In this document: positions 14,016 to 23,895 of the stretch, one piece after another
How positions within the stretch are numbered: the stretch's first letter is position 1
Layout: each line of letters opens with the position of its first letter
The notes under the pieces: model-generated
What the model was told of the DNA's origin: nothing
What the model saw: only the letters and a program-made list of their open reading frames with translations
Databases searched by the model: none
Position numbers and translations under genes: made by a program
Origin: Candidatus Latescibacterota bacterium
GTDB taxonomy: Bacteria; Latescibacterota; UBA2968; UBA8231
NCBI GenBank assembly: GCA_964291625.2
Contig: OZ220089.1
Coordinates: 2,912,001-2,976,000 of the forward strand
Length of the DNA: 64,000 bases
Direction: 5' to 3'

Positions 14016-15056
14016 TCAGCCCTCGGCGCCGTCCACCCAGCCGGAAGCCTCGGCGCGGACGATTTCCGCCATCGCGTCGAGCCAGCGCGGGTGATCGTTG
14101 AGACACGGCGCCAGGTGCAAGGACCGCCCCCCCGCCCCGAGGAAGATCTCCCTGCCTTCGTTGCCGATCTCGTCGAGCGTCTCCAGGCAGTCGGCGGTGA
14201 ATCCCGGGCAGGCGGCCAGCAGGCTGCGGGCCCCTTGCGAAGGCAGCTCGCCGAGGAGGTCCTCGGTGTACGGCTGCAGCCACTCCTCCTTGCCGAAGCG
14301 CGACTGGAAGCCCAGCACCCACTGCTCCGCCTCCAGGCCGAGGCTGGCGGCCAGCAGCCGCGCCGTCTCCCGGCACTGGTCGCGGTAGGGATCCCCCTCC
14401 TCCACGTAGCGCAGGGGGATGCCGTGGAAGGTGATCAACCAGCGGTCGGGCGGGGTATCGAGCAGCGCCGCCTGCTCCTCGAGGATGGCCCCCAGGCTGT
14501 CGATGTAGGCCGGGTGGTCGTAGTAGGGGGGCACGAAGCGCAGGCTGGGCATGCGGCGGCGGCGGTCGAAGAACCAGGTGCAGCGGCGGCCGAAGGCGGC
14601 GCGGGTGACGGCGTCGTAGACCGACCCGGTGGTGGAGCAGGAGAACTGGGGGAACATGGGCAGGACGACGATGCGCTCGATGCCCTCGCCGGCGAGGGCG
14701 GCCATGGCCGCGTCGATGCCGGGCTCGCCGTAGCGCATGCCCAGGGCGACGCGGTAGGCCCCCCCCAGTCTCTCCTGCAGCCCCTGCTCCTGGGCCCGCG
14801 AGTGCACCATCAGGGGCGAGCCCCGGTCGGTCCAGATGCGGCGGTAGAGCCGGGCCGAGCGCGCCGGCCGCCGGGTGAGGACTAGGAGGTGGAGGATCGG
14901 CCACCACTTCCAGGGGCTCAGGTCGATCACCCGGCGGTCGCTGAGGAACTGGCGCAGGTAGGGTCTCAGGGCCCGCGCCTCGGGGGCGGCGGGGGTGCCC
15001 AGCTGGGCGATCAGCACGCCCACCTTGGGGGGCGCTGCGGAGGGCTCGGTCATCAT
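14016..15056 (-). CDS. hemH: Ferrochelatase
   Basis: GVLIAQLGTP, YLRQFLSDRRV, GSPL, MRYGEP, FHGIP, GDPY, FQSRFGKEEWLQPYT, GFTADCLETLDEI; start trimmed to ATG 15056 or 15053. Confidence 0.95.
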   Translation of the reverse strand: MMTEPSAAPPKVGVLIAQLGTPAAPEARALRPYLRQFLSDRRVIDLSPWKWWPILHLLVLTRRPARSARLYRRIWTDRGSPLMVHSRAQEQGLQERLGGAYRVALGMRYGEPGIDAAMAALAGEGIERIVVLPMFPQFSCSTTGSVYDAVTRAAFGRRCTWFFDRRRRMPSLRFVPPYYDHPAYIDSLGAILEEQAALLDTPPDRWLITFHGIPLRYVEEGDPYRDQCRETARLLAASLGLEAEQWVLGFQSRFGKEEWLQPYTEDLLGELPSQGARSLLAACPGFTADCLETLDEIGNEGREIFLGAGGRSLHLAPCLNDHPRWLDAMAEIVRAEASGWVDGAEG

Positions 15057-15135
15057 GCTCTGCGGTGGCCGGAGGTGGAGGGGCTGCCTAATATACCGCC
15101 AAGTCGCCACGATTCTCAGACGGAAAGGACCGCGG

Positions 15136-15855
15136 ATGCGTTGTGTCTTCGTCGGCGTCGAGTACGCCGGCAAGTCGACCCTGATCGAACTGCTGACCGC
15201 CTATTACCGCCAGCGCAGTCAGCGGGTGCATGTGGACGACCACTTCACGATTCCCGACTCCTCCCTCAGTCCCCAGTCGCGGGCCCGCTACATCGACTTC
15301 CCCGACGACGTCAAGGAGCGCATGCAGCGCATGCAGATCCAGTACCACGTGGAGGTCATCAAGAACTACGATCACGTGATGATCAGCGGCTGGCATATCG
15401 AGGAGCGGATCTATTCGGACTTCTACGGGGAGGACCCGGATCACCCCTACTATCCCCGCTACGCCCGGGGGCACCACCGGCTCTACGAGGTGCAGGTGCT
15501 GGAGGCGCGGCTTCCCGACCTGGCCCTGATCCACGTGACCGCCTCGGACGACGCCATCCGCGAGCGCATGGAGTCGGACCCGCACGAGTACCAGATCGTC
15601 CGCGCGGGGGACGTGGCCGAGCTGAAGGCGCGGTTCGCCGACGAGGTGGCCGCCTCCCTGTTCACCGACAAGCACCGGCTCATCGAGCTGGATACCACCG
15701 GCCGCAGCCCCGCCGAGTCCCTCGACGAGCTGCTGCTCAAGTCCGAACCGCTCATCACCCAGGGCGAGCTGGCCATCCGGAGCCTGCCCGTCCCCGAGAG
15801 CGAGTACGACGTGGTCTACGAGAACGGGGTTCGGCGGACGGTGCCCAGGGCCTGA
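15136..15855 (+). CDS. P-loop nucleoside/nucleotide kinase-like protein of unknown substrate
   Basis: N-terminal Walker A VFVGVEYAGKST; TMK/dNK-like layout (LIHVTASDDAIRER, IELDTT); RBS AAAGGA before ATG 15136. Confidence 0.65.
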   Translation: MRCVFVGVEYAGKSTLIELLTAYYRQRSQRVHVDDHFTIPDSSLSPQSRARYIDFPDDVKERMQRMQIQYHVEVIKNYDHVMISGWHIEERIYSDFYGEDPDHPYYPRYARGHHRLYEVQVLEARLPDLALIHVTASDDAIRERMESDPHEYQIVRAGDVAELKARFADEVAASLFTDKHRLIELDTTGRSPAESLDELLLKSEPLITQGELAIRSLPVPESEYDVVYENGVRRTVPRA

Positions 15856-16075
15856 ACGGGCGCCCGGGCGGGTTCCCGGTCCCGCCGGCCGGAAGCCCCG
15901 CTGCGGCGGGCAGGACCCATGCGCGGACACCAGTCTGACGCGAGCGTCTCCCGGCGGCGGGTCAACGCCTCTCCGGGCGCGGGCCTGGCCGCGGCGGTGA
16001 GCGGCTTCGCCGGGGCCCCCCTGGCCTGCGTGCGGCCCCTTGGCCGCGCCCCCGCCGGGGAAGGGAGCTGAGGCC

Positions 16076-16609
16076 GTGCTGCCCCTGCGCAAGGTCGAGA
16101 TCCGCCGCCTCTTCGAGAAGGCTGCCCGCGACTACCCCCCGAAGGCGGAGCTCGCCTTCCTGCTGCAGAGCATGGAGGACCCGCGCAACGTGGGGTCCCT
16201 CTTCCGCGTGGCCGACGCCGTCGGCGCACGGGAGCTGGTGCTGGCGGGCCGGACCCCGGCGCCCCCCGACGACGAGATCGACCGCACCTCCCGCGGGCAC
16301 GACCGGCGGGTGCCCTGGAAGGCCATCGCCGACACGCAGGAGGCGATGCGCGCCCTGGGGGCGGAGGGGTACCACATGGTCGCCCTGGAGACGGCCCGGG
16401 GGGCGCGGTGCTTCCTGGACTACCCCTGGACGAAGAAGGTCTGCCTCGTCCTGGGCAACGAGTCGAAGGGCGTGTACCCGGCGACCCTTGGCCTGTGCGA
16501 CGGCGCCGTCTTCGTCCCCATGTACGGCAAGGGGCCGTCCATGAACGTGCACGTGGCCGCCGCCCTGGTCGCCTACGAGGCGTTGCTGCGAGGCGGGAAG
16601 GCGGGCTGA
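16076..16609 (+). CDS. TrmH/SpoU family RNA methyltransferase
   Basis: EDPRNVGSLFRVADA, LVLGNESKG, VFVPMYGKGPSMNVHVA; GTG start approximate. Confidence 0.9.
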   Translation: MLPLRKVEIRRLFEKAARDYPPKAELAFLLQSMEDPRNVGSLFRVADAVGARELVLAGRTPAPPDDEIDRTSRGHDRRVPWKAIADTQEAMRALGAEGYHMVALETARGARCFLDYPWTKKVCLVLGNESKGVYPATLGLCDGAVFVPMYGKGPSMNVHVAAALVAYEALLRGGKAG

Positions 16610-16631
16610 GCGGTGGTTGCGGGGCCGGGCG

Positions 16632-17453
16632 TCAGGCCTGGCGGAGCGCCGCCATGGTCCGTTCCATCGACTCGCGGAAGGGCCCGGGCAGCGAGTCGAG
16701 ATAGGCGGGTTCAGCGTATTCCGGCTCCCGCGCCCAGTCGCTGACCACCGACGACTCCGCCGCCAGGCCGGCGTCTCCGTAGATGATGAACAGGGACCGG
16801 CGGCGAGCCCCCGGACCCTTCAGGCCGCGGTGGATCCCCCTCGCGTCGAAGGGCGCGGCGCTGCCGGCCTCGAGGCGGACCTGCCGGGCGCCGGGCCGCG
16901 CCGTCTCCGCGTCCCAGCCGCTGATCCCCTCGTCGTAGCCCTCCTCCTCCTCCGCGGTGTTGGCGCGGTTGTGGGAGCCGGGGACGTACCAGAAGGAGGC
17001 GTCGTCCTCGAGGGCCACGAGGACCTGGGTCGCGGGGAGTCTCTCGACCTCCCGGAGGCGTCTTTCCGTGGGCGAGTCCTTCCCCCAGGCGAAGTAGGAG
17101 TCGCGGTGCCAGCTGGAGCGGTAGTCGTACTCCTCGTTCATGGCGAAGGCGGCGACTCCGTGCATCGCCGCCTCCTCCCCGAGAAGCCGCCGCGCGAAGG
17201 CCAGGATGGCGGGAGCGCCGAGTGCTTCCATGAGAGGCCTGCTCGCCAGGGAGGGGTGGTGGGGGTTCTGGAAGCGGTATCCCTGGAGGAACCCCGTGGT
17301 CTCGTCGCGGGGGGCGAGGCCCAGACCCAGGGCGGCCTCGATCGTCTCCTCGTAGCTCCGCCGCACCTCCGGCAGGCGATCCGGGGGGATGACGTCTTTC
17401 AGGATTGCGTATCCTTCCCGGTCGTACCGTGCCATCATTCCCTCGGTGATCAT
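16632..17453 (-). CDS. Phytanoyl-CoA dioxygenase (PhyH) family Fe(II)/2OG oxygenase
   Basis: YDREGYAILKDVI start, WHRD and IHRG metal ligands, VPGSH; RBS GAGGAG before ATG 17453. Confidence 0.8.
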   Translation of the reverse strand: MITEGMMARYDREGYAILKDVIPPDRLPEVRRSYEETIEAALGLGLAPRDETTGFLQGYRFQNPHHPSLASRPLMEALGAPAILAFARRLLGEEAAMHGVAAFAMNEEYDYRSSWHRDSYFAWGKDSPTERRLREVERLPATQVLVALEDDASFWYVPGSHNRANTAEEEEGYDEGISGWDAETARPGARQVRLEAGSAAPFDARGIHRGLKGPGARRRSLFIIYGDAGLAAESSVVSDWAREPEYAEPAYLDSLPGPFRESMERTMAALRQA

Positions 17454-17466
17454 CGATCCCCTCCTC

Positions 17467-18651
17467 ATGAGTGAACGCCCCGACATCGTCACCCGCCACG
17501 TCGACAGCCGCGAGACCTCGCGCCTGGGCCTGCCCGTGGGCCGAAAGATCGGCCGGCTGGACACGACCACCAACTGGGTCCTCGACGACCGCTTCGATCA
17601 CGGGCCCCACGACGGGCTGCACCGGCGGCTCACCGTGGTCGACGCCTACTCGGCGGCCGTGGACCTGGAGGAGATCCTGCGGGGGGGCATCGACGTGGTG
17701 ATCCAGGCCTTCGGGGTGGAGGAGCGCTACGTGGCCGGGGCGCCCCTCCTCGATCCCCTGGCCGAGCCGGAGCGCGGGTCCCGGCAGTGGGAGCCGTTCT
17801 TCGACGGGGACGCCCTCGTCGAGCGGGTGCTGATGAACCTCGACGAGCACCGCCAGTTCGCCGAGGCCTGCGCCGATCACGTCGAGGTCGCCTGCTCGGG
17901 CGAGGACGTCTCCCGGATCGTCGCCGGCGGCCGGGTCGCCATGGTGCTGATGCTGGTGAGCGGCTTCATCGCCGACAGCCTCGACGTCCTGCGCGAGTAC
18001 CACCGCCGGGGCGTGCGGGTCCTGTGCCCCAGCCACCTGAGCGCCACCTCCTGGGCCGACTCCAGCGCCGAGCTGAACGATCCCCCCGGCCTGACCGGCT
18101 TCGGCCGCGAGGTGATCGGCGCCTGCGAGGAGCTGGGCGTGATCGTCGACCTGGCCCACTGCTCCGACTACACCTGCCGGGACATCCTGGCCGCGGCCAC
18201 CCGGCCGATGCTGGCCACCCACACCAAGGCCCGGGCGCTGAGCGGAAGTCTGCGCGACATGCCGGACGAGCTGCTGCGGGGGGTGGCCGAGGGGGGAGGC
18301 GTGGTCTGCGCCCTGGCGCCGGCGCCGAGGACCCCCCTGGAGCGGCACGAGGCCCGGCGCCGCCGCGACGACGACCTGCACCGCCGCTACCCCGACCCCT
18401 TCGAGCGGGCCCGCGCCAAGCTGGCCGACGCCGAGGTCTGGGGCACGAAGCTCGACCTGGAAACCATCGACCACCTGGTCGGCGTGGCCGGGATCGAACA
18501 CGTGGGCCTGGCGAGCCACGCCCAGAGCGTGCCCCAGTGGAAGGAGTACACGGCGGACCTGCTCGCCCACGGCTACTCCGAGAGGGACGCCGCCCGGGTC
18601 CTGGGCGAGAACCTCCTGCGGGTGCTCTCCTCGGCCGGGGGCGCCGGCTGA
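17467..18651 (+). CDS. Membrane dipeptidase (M19)-like amidohydrolase with altered active site
   Basis: GLTGFGREVI, GVIVDLAH, LATHT, DMPDELL, TIDHLV..AGIEHVGL, LGENLLRV. Confidence 0.75.
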   Translation: MSERPDIVTRHVDSRETSRLGLPVGRKIGRLDTTTNWVLDDRFDHGPHDGLHRRLTVVDAYSAAVDLEEILRGGIDVVIQAFGVEERYVAGAPLLDPLAEPERGSRQWEPFFDGDALVERVLMNLDEHRQFAEACADHVEVACSGEDVSRIVAGGRVAMVLMLVSGFIADSLDVLREYHRRGVRVLCPSHLSATSWADSSAELNDPPGLTGFGREVIGACEELGVIVDLAHCSDYTCRDILAAATRPMLATHTKARALSGSLRDMPDELLRGVAEGGGVVCALAPAPRTPLERHEARRRRDDDLHRRYPDPFERARAKLADAEVWGTKLDLETIDHLVGVAGIEHVGLASHAQSVPQWKEYTADLLAHGYSERDAARVLGENLLRVLSSAGGAG

Positions 18652-18658
18652 CGGCCCC

Positions 18659-20689
18659 TCAGCCGGAGGGCGCCACGTACGCCGAGCCGGACCGGCCGCT
18701 CTCCCCCGGGTTCACCGGGAAGGGGATGGGGATCCCGTCCCCGTGCCAGGGGAAGGCGTAGCTCGGGTCGTTGCTGAACCGTGAGAGGCCGGCGTCGAGG
18801 CGGACCTTGGCGGCGGGTGGCAGGTCGACGGCGATGTAGCGGCCGTTGACGGCAGTGACGGCTGGTCCCTCCCCTTCGCCGCCGTCAGCCCTCACCTCGG
18901 TGAAGGTGTGCTCCCCGAAGGCGCCGGCCTGCACGATCAGCCGCCGGGAATGCTCGCGGCTGCAGTTCACCAGCTGGACTCCCACGGAGCCGGCGTCGAG
19001 ATGGTCCACGAGGGCGGCCACGTCGGATGGCAGCCCGGGGCGCTCCTCGTCGGCGTCGTAGTAGCGGACCGTGGCGCGCAGGAGCCCGCCGTTGTAGATC
19101 GACTGGGGGGTCCCCATGGTCACCTGGGTCAGGCCCTTGGTGAGGACCGGGTTGGCGGGAATGGCGTTCGCCTGCAGCCGCTCGATCACCGTGCGCCCGT
19201 CCTTGCGCATCTCGTCGATCGCCTGCATCGACCACTCCGCCTCGGCGGACAGGATCTTCTCCGGCCAGTCCGGGTTGTTGCCTTCGTAGTACTGGTAGCG
19301 GGCGAACTCGGTCTGTCCCGAGTTCTTCTCGCTGCCGGTGTCGCCCACGTCGTTCCAGTCGCGCTCCACCTCGCCCTCGCGCACCCGCTCGATCAGTTCG
19401 CGGTCCTCCTGCGACATGGAGGCGTGGTAGAGGTGGGTCAGCTCCTGCATGCGCCAGGGCATCGGTCCGGTGTAGACGTGGCGCATGGGCACGATCGTGT
19501 CCTCCCGCCGCGGCAGGGGCGGGTCGTACTGCCACCCGGAAGGCCCGTAGCGCGTCGGCATGATCAGCTGGCCGTCCTCCCTCTTGATGGAGGCGTCGAG
19601 GAGGACCTTGACCTGGTCCCGCAGCAGGTCGAGATAGCCGAAGTCCCCGGTCAGCAGCACGGCGCACTCGGCGGCGATGTTGAGGCTGTGGAACATGATG
19701 TTGAAGCCCTGGTAGTGGTTCCACCCGTACTGGCCGCCCCAGAAGTTGCCGTTGCGGCGTTCGCCGACGATGCCAGTGGGTCCCACGTTGTCGGGCATGA
19801 CGCCGCCGTTCTTCGCCGCCCGCTCCATCCACGCCTCGGTGTACTCCAGGACCCAGCGCTTGTAGCGCTCGTCGCCCGTGTAGAGGTAGGCGTGGGTCAC
19901 GAGGGCGGTGGCCCCCAGGTTGTTGGGCGTGTCCGCCTGCAGGATCAGCTTGTTGAAGAGGTCGACGATCTCCGCCTGCCGCGCCGGGTCCTCCCACCAG
20001 TCGAGCTCCAGGTCCTCCACGATCGGGTAGAGGCTGGCGCGGACGCCGTAGTAGTTGACCTCGCTCCCAAGCCAGCGCCCCGCCAGGAGCATGGCGTGGG
20101 CGGTCTCGGCGCTCGCCTCCTGCAGCGGCCCCTGGCTCGACTGGAAGGGCGACCGGAGGACCTTGTGCACCGGGTCGTAGTTGGGGGCCTCCGGATCGTC
20201 GCCGGTGTAGAACCCGGCGAAGAGCTGGGCCCGGCGGGCCATCTCCGAGATCGTCGGATCGGCGACGCCGAAGTCGTAGAAGGCCATCATGCCCTCGCCG
20301 AGATGGTGCCACTCCATCGCCTGCTGCAGGTTCCAGAACTCCCGCCGCGCCGAGGGCCGGAAGACCTTCTTGTGGTCGTTGAAGCGGGTGCGGTGGACGA
20401 CGCCCTCGTCGCTGATGCGGGCCGTGGCGTTCCAGGCGGTGGCCGCCATCTCGAGAAGGCTGTCGTCCGCCCCCATGGCGTAGAACAGGCCCCAGTTGTA
20501 GAACTGCTCGAAGAGGTCGTCGAAGTCCTCGGCGTAGAGGATCGCCCCGCCGCGCTCGGTGCACTGGCGGAACCTCAGGCGCGCGGCCTCCTCCATCTGG
20601 GCGATGAGATTGCGCTCCAGCAGGGCCCAGGCCGGCGGCGCGCCCACCCGGGCCGCGGTGATCTGCGGCATGCCATTGGTATCGGTCAC
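18659..20689 (-). CDS. Uncharacterised ~650-aa cytoplasmic protein, family A copy 1 (putative (alpha/alpha)6 barrel enzyme)
   Basis: Paralog of 27095 and 29040: PPAWALLER, DD..E..NWGLFYAMG, EWHH.GEG, AYLYTGD..Y, PDNVGP.G, GGLLRATVRY, QAGAFGEH.FT. Confidence 0.8.
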   Translation of the reverse strand: MTDTNGMPQITAARVGAPPAWALLERNLIAQMEEAARLRFRQCTERGGAILYAEDFDDLFEQFYNWGLFYAMGADDSLLEMAATAWNATARISDEGVVHRTRFNDHKKVFRPSARREFWNLQQAMEWHHLGEGMMAFYDFGVADPTISEMARRAQLFAGFYTGDDPEAPNYDPVHKVLRSPFQSSQGPLQEASAETAHAMLLAGRWLGSEVNYYGVRASLYPIVEDLELDWWEDPARQAEIVDLFNKLILQADTPNNLGATALVTHAYLYTGDERYKRWVLEYTEAWMERAAKNGGVMPDNVGPTGIVGERRNGNFWGGQYGWNHYQGFNIMFHSLNIAAECAVLLTGDFGYLDLLRDQVKVLLDASIKREDGQLIMPTRYGPSGWQYDPPLPRREDTIVPMRHVYTGPMPWRMQELTHLYHASMSQEDRELIERVREGEVERDWNDVGDTGSEKNSGQTEFARYQYYEGNNPDWPEKILSAEAEWSMQAIDEMRKDGRTVIERLQANAIPANPVLTKGLTQVTMGTPQSIYNGGLLRATVRYYDADEERPGLPSDVAALVDHLDAGSVGVQLVNCSREHSRRLIVQAGAFGEHTFTEVRADGGEGEGPAVTAVNGRYIAVDLPPAAKVRLDAGLSRFSNDPSYAFPWHGDGIPIPFPVNPGESGRSGSAYVAPSG

Positions 20690-20794
20690 GAGCTCTCTCC
20701 TCGGGAAGCGGGGCGGCCCAAGCTAGCGAAACCCCCAAGGCGGGACAACGCTGGACGCACCCGGGGAGTCCGGCTATCCTCTCCGCCCTTCGTC

Positions 20795-22339
20795 ATGACC
20801 TCGAGAGCACGACCTCCGCGCTACCGCGTCATCTTCAACTGGGACGGCGACAGCCTCGCCTACGGGGAGCATCCGCAGTCGGCGGAGCGGCTCGTGGACC
20901 AGATCTTCCGTCCTCTCGAGGGCACCCAGGTGGACGCCGTGTTCTGGAGCATCGGCAGCCACGAGGCCCTGTGGCCTTCCGAGGTCCACGAGCGCGAGGG
21001 GGAGCGCACCGGCCGCGTCTACGCCTCGGTGCGGGCCATGCGCCACGCCGAGAACGTGTGGAGCCTGTTCGAGGCCGGCGAGAGCGTCTACCAGGCGATG
21101 GTCGAGCGCGGCCACCAGCTCGGGATGCACGTCTACGTCTCGATGCGGATGAACGACAACCACTTCTACAACACCCGCCCCCACGAGTTCAAGAAGCTGA
21201 ACAAGGGCACCCGGCTGCGGCAGGACCATCCCGAGTGGCTCCTCGACGTCGACGACGTCCCCGAGAGCCGCGGCGTCGGCTCCTGGAACTTCGCTCACGC
21301 CGAGGTCCGCGAGCACAAGCTCTCCTACATCCGCGAGGCCTGCGCCCTGGCCGACTGGGACGGCGTCGAGCTGGACTGGCAGCGCCACCCCTTCCACCTG
21401 CCCCAGCACGACGGTTACCGCCTGCGCTACGCGCTCACCGACCTGCAGCGCGCCGTCCGCGAGATGGCCGACGGGATCGCCGCCGAGAGGGGGCGCCCCT
21501 TCCACGTGGCATCGCGGGTGGCCACGACCCTGGAGGCGTGCCGGCGCATCGGCTACGACGTGCCCCGCTGGTGCGGCGAGGGCCTCTGCGACGTCCTCAT
21601 CGGCGCCGGCGGCTCGTCCACCGACCCCGGCTTCGAGGTGGCCGCCTTCAAACGCCACTCCGACGGCACAGGCATCCGTCTCTACGGCGGCTTCGACAGC
21701 TCGTACCGCCAGGAGGCCGCCCGCCTGGTGAGCCTCCTCGAGTGGCGCGAGGCCTTCTTCCGCGCCGTGGCCGCCGGTTATCTCGCAGAAGGGGCCGACG
21801 GGGTCTACACCTTCAACTGGTTCCCGAAGAAGGCCGACTGGACCGGGCTCCTGAGCACCCTCGGCGCCGAGGAGACCCTGCGGGGCACCGACAAGATCTA
21901 CTCGGCCCTGCGCCGCGGCGACACCTGGCAGGACGACGCCCTGGCCAACGCCGTGAACGACCGCATCCACGGCGAGACCTCGGTGGCGCTCATGCCCGGC
22001 CTCACCGGCGACGGACCGACCTTCACCCTGGGCCTGTACGACGACGTCGGCGAAGGCTCTCTGCAGCTGCAGATCGAGATGGCCCACTGGGCGCCCGGGG
22101 ACGCCGTCCGCGTCACCCTCGACGGCGAGCCCCTCGGAGATCCGGCGATCCGCGACGTGGCGGAGATGGCCGAGGCTCCGCCGGACGTCTCCGAGAACAA
22201 GTGGCTCGTCTGGGACCTGGATCCCGAAGCCGTGGCCAGGGGACCCCACAAGGTCAAGGTCGTCCTGGTCAGCCGCGACCCCCGCCTCGCCCTGCCTCTC
22301 GTCGTCGAGCACGTGGACCTCCACGTGAAGTACCGGTAG
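20795..22339 (+). CDS. Glycoside hydrolase-like family 10 (DUF187-like) TIM-barrel protein, copy 1
   Basis: RVIFNWDG, SMRMND, HPEW, WNFAHAEVR, DGVELDW, GVYTFNW; true start ATG 20795, not 18908. Confidence 0.7.
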   Translation: MTSRARPPRYRVIFNWDGDSLAYGEHPQSAERLVDQIFRPLEGTQVDAVFWSIGSHEALWPSEVHEREGERTGRVYASVRAMRHAENVWSLFEAGESVYQAMVERGHQLGMHVYVSMRMNDNHFYNTRPHEFKKLNKGTRLRQDHPEWLLDVDDVPESRGVGSWNFAHAEVREHKLSYIREACALADWDGVELDWQRHPFHLPQHDGYRLRYALTDLQRAVREMADGIAAERGRPFHVASRVATTLEACRRIGYDVPRWCGEGLCDVLIGAGGSSTDPGFEVAAFKRHSDGTGIRLYGGFDSSYRQEAARLVSLLEWREAFFRAVAAGYLAEGADGVYTFNWFPKKADWTGLLSTLGAEETLRGTDKIYSALRRGDTWQDDALANAVNDRIHGETSVALMPGLTGDGPTFTLGLYDDVGEGSLQLQIEMAHWAPGDAVRVTLDGEPLGDPAIRDVAEMAEAPPDVSENKWLVWDLDPEAVARGPHKVKVVLVSRDPRLALPLVVEHVDLHVKYR

Positions 22340-22356
22340 CGCCGCCGGGAGCCGCC

Positions 22357-23895
22357 ATGGCCGGGAGACCGTACCGGATCATCTACAACTGGGACGGGGC
22401 GCCCCACCACTACGACGAGCACCCCCAGTCGATGGAGGCCTTCCTGCGGAAGACCTACGCGCCGCTGGCCGGCACCCAGGTGGACGCCCTGTTCTGGTGC
22501 ATGGGCACCCACGAGGCGACCTGGGCATCCGACGACCTGCCCGTGAAGGGCGACTCCGTGGGCCGGATCTACGACAGCGTGCTGGTCATGCGGGACACGG
22601 AGAACCTGCGGGCCATGCTCGAAGGGGGCGAGGACCCGTACGCCGCCATGGTCGCCCGGGGCCGCGAGCTGGGGATCGACGTCTGGCCTTCGATCCGCAT
22701 GAACGACCAGCACTTCTGGCAGATCCAGGACCTGGAGACGATGCAGCGCTCCACGGTCAACGAGATGACGGACCTGCGGAAGGAGCATCCCGAGTGGTGC
22801 CTGGGGGAGCACGCCCCGGGCTGGTGCGCCACCTCGTGGAACATGGCCGTCCCCGAGGTGCGGGCCCACAAGCTCGAGATGATCTCCCAGGCCTGCCGGC
22901 TCGCCGACTGGGACGGCGTCGAGCTGGACTGGCAGCGCCACGCCTTCCACCTGCCCGCCAACCACGAGTACCGCCTGCGTTACGCCCTCACCGACCTGCA
23001 GCGGGCGGTGCGCCGCATGACCCGGGAGCTGGGCGAGGAGCGGGGCCGGCCCTTCCCCGTGGCCGTCCGCGTCGCCGCCACCCTGGAGGCCTGCCGCCGT
23101 ATCGGCTACGACGTCGAGACCTGGGTCGACGAGGGCCTGTGCGACATCCTCATCGGCGCCGGCAACTCCGGCACCGACCCGTGCTTCGAGACCGGGGAGT
23201 TCCTGAGGCTCGTGGAGGGCACGGGGATCCAGGTCTATCCGGGCTTCGACTTCGACTCCCGGCAGCAGGGAGCCCGCCTGATCCCCCACGACCGCTGGCG
23301 GGACCGCTGGTTCGCCGGCATGGCCCAGGCACACCTCGACCGCGGCGCCCACGGCGTCTACGTCTTCAACTGGCACGCCGACGAGACCATGCGCCGGGAG
23401 TCGCTGACGACGATCGGCGCTGCCGAAACCCTCCGCGGCCTCGACAAGGCCTACACCGCCGTCCATCGCAGCATCGGTACCAATCCGCTGCGCAAGGACG
23501 CCGAGCGCGACGACCGCCTCTACGGCGAGGTCCCCGTCGACCTGCACCGCACCCTGACCGGGGACGGCCCGGTCTTCCACCTCTCGACCCACGATCCCGG
23601 CGCCGCGGGCGCGCAGCTGCTGATCGAGATGGAGCACTGGTCCCCCACCGGCGACGAGGTGGCCGTCACCCTGGACGGCGCCGCCCTGGGCGCGCCCGAG
23701 GTGCGCAACCAGGCCGCCGAGGACCCCCAGGTCCCCGCCGACGTCGACGAGAACAGCTGGCTCGTGTGGGACCTGGACCCGGCCCGGGCCGCCTCCGGCG
23801 ACCACGAGATCCAGATCGTCCTCGTGAAGCGGGACCCGCGGATACGTCCGCCCCTCACCGTGGCCAACGTCGAGATCTGGACGAGCCATGGCTGA
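22357..23895 (+). CDS. GHL10/DUF187-like TIM-barrel protein, copy 2 (tandem paralog)
   Basis: RIIYNWDG, SIRMND, HPEW, ADWDGVELDWQRH.FHLP..H.YRLRYALTDLQRAVR shared with copy 1. Confidence 0.7.
   Translation: MAGRPYRIIYNWDGAPHHYDEHPQSMEAFLRKTYAPLAGTQVDALFWCMGTHEATWASDDLPVKGDSVGRIYDSVLVMRDTENLRAMLEGGEDPYAAMVARGRELGIDVWPSIRMNDQHFWQIQDLETMQRSTVNEMTDLRKEHPEWCLGEHAPGWCATSWNMAVPEVRAHKLEMISQACRLADWDGVELDWQRHAFHLPANHEYRLRYALTDLQRAVRRMTRELGEERGRPFPVAVRVAATLEACRRIGYDVETWVDEGLCDILIGAGNSGTDPCFETGEFLRLVEGTGIQVYPGFDFDSRQQGARLIPHDRWRDRWFAGMAQAHLDRGAHGVYVFNWHADETMRRESLTTIGAAETLRGLDKAYTAVHRSIGTNPLRKDAERDDRLYGEVPVDLHRTLTGDGPVFHLSTHDPGAAGAQLLIEMEHWSPTGDEVAVTLDGAALGAPEVRNQAAEDPQVPADVDENSWLVWDLDPARAASGDHEIQIVLVKRDPRIRPPLTVANVEIWTSHG

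Noticed and set aside
21345-23010. Near-identical DNA blocks between the two GHL10-like genes as DGR template/variable repeats
   Set aside because: Both are in-frame conserved coding motifs of paralogs, differences are not adenine-specific, and no reverse transcriptase is present.
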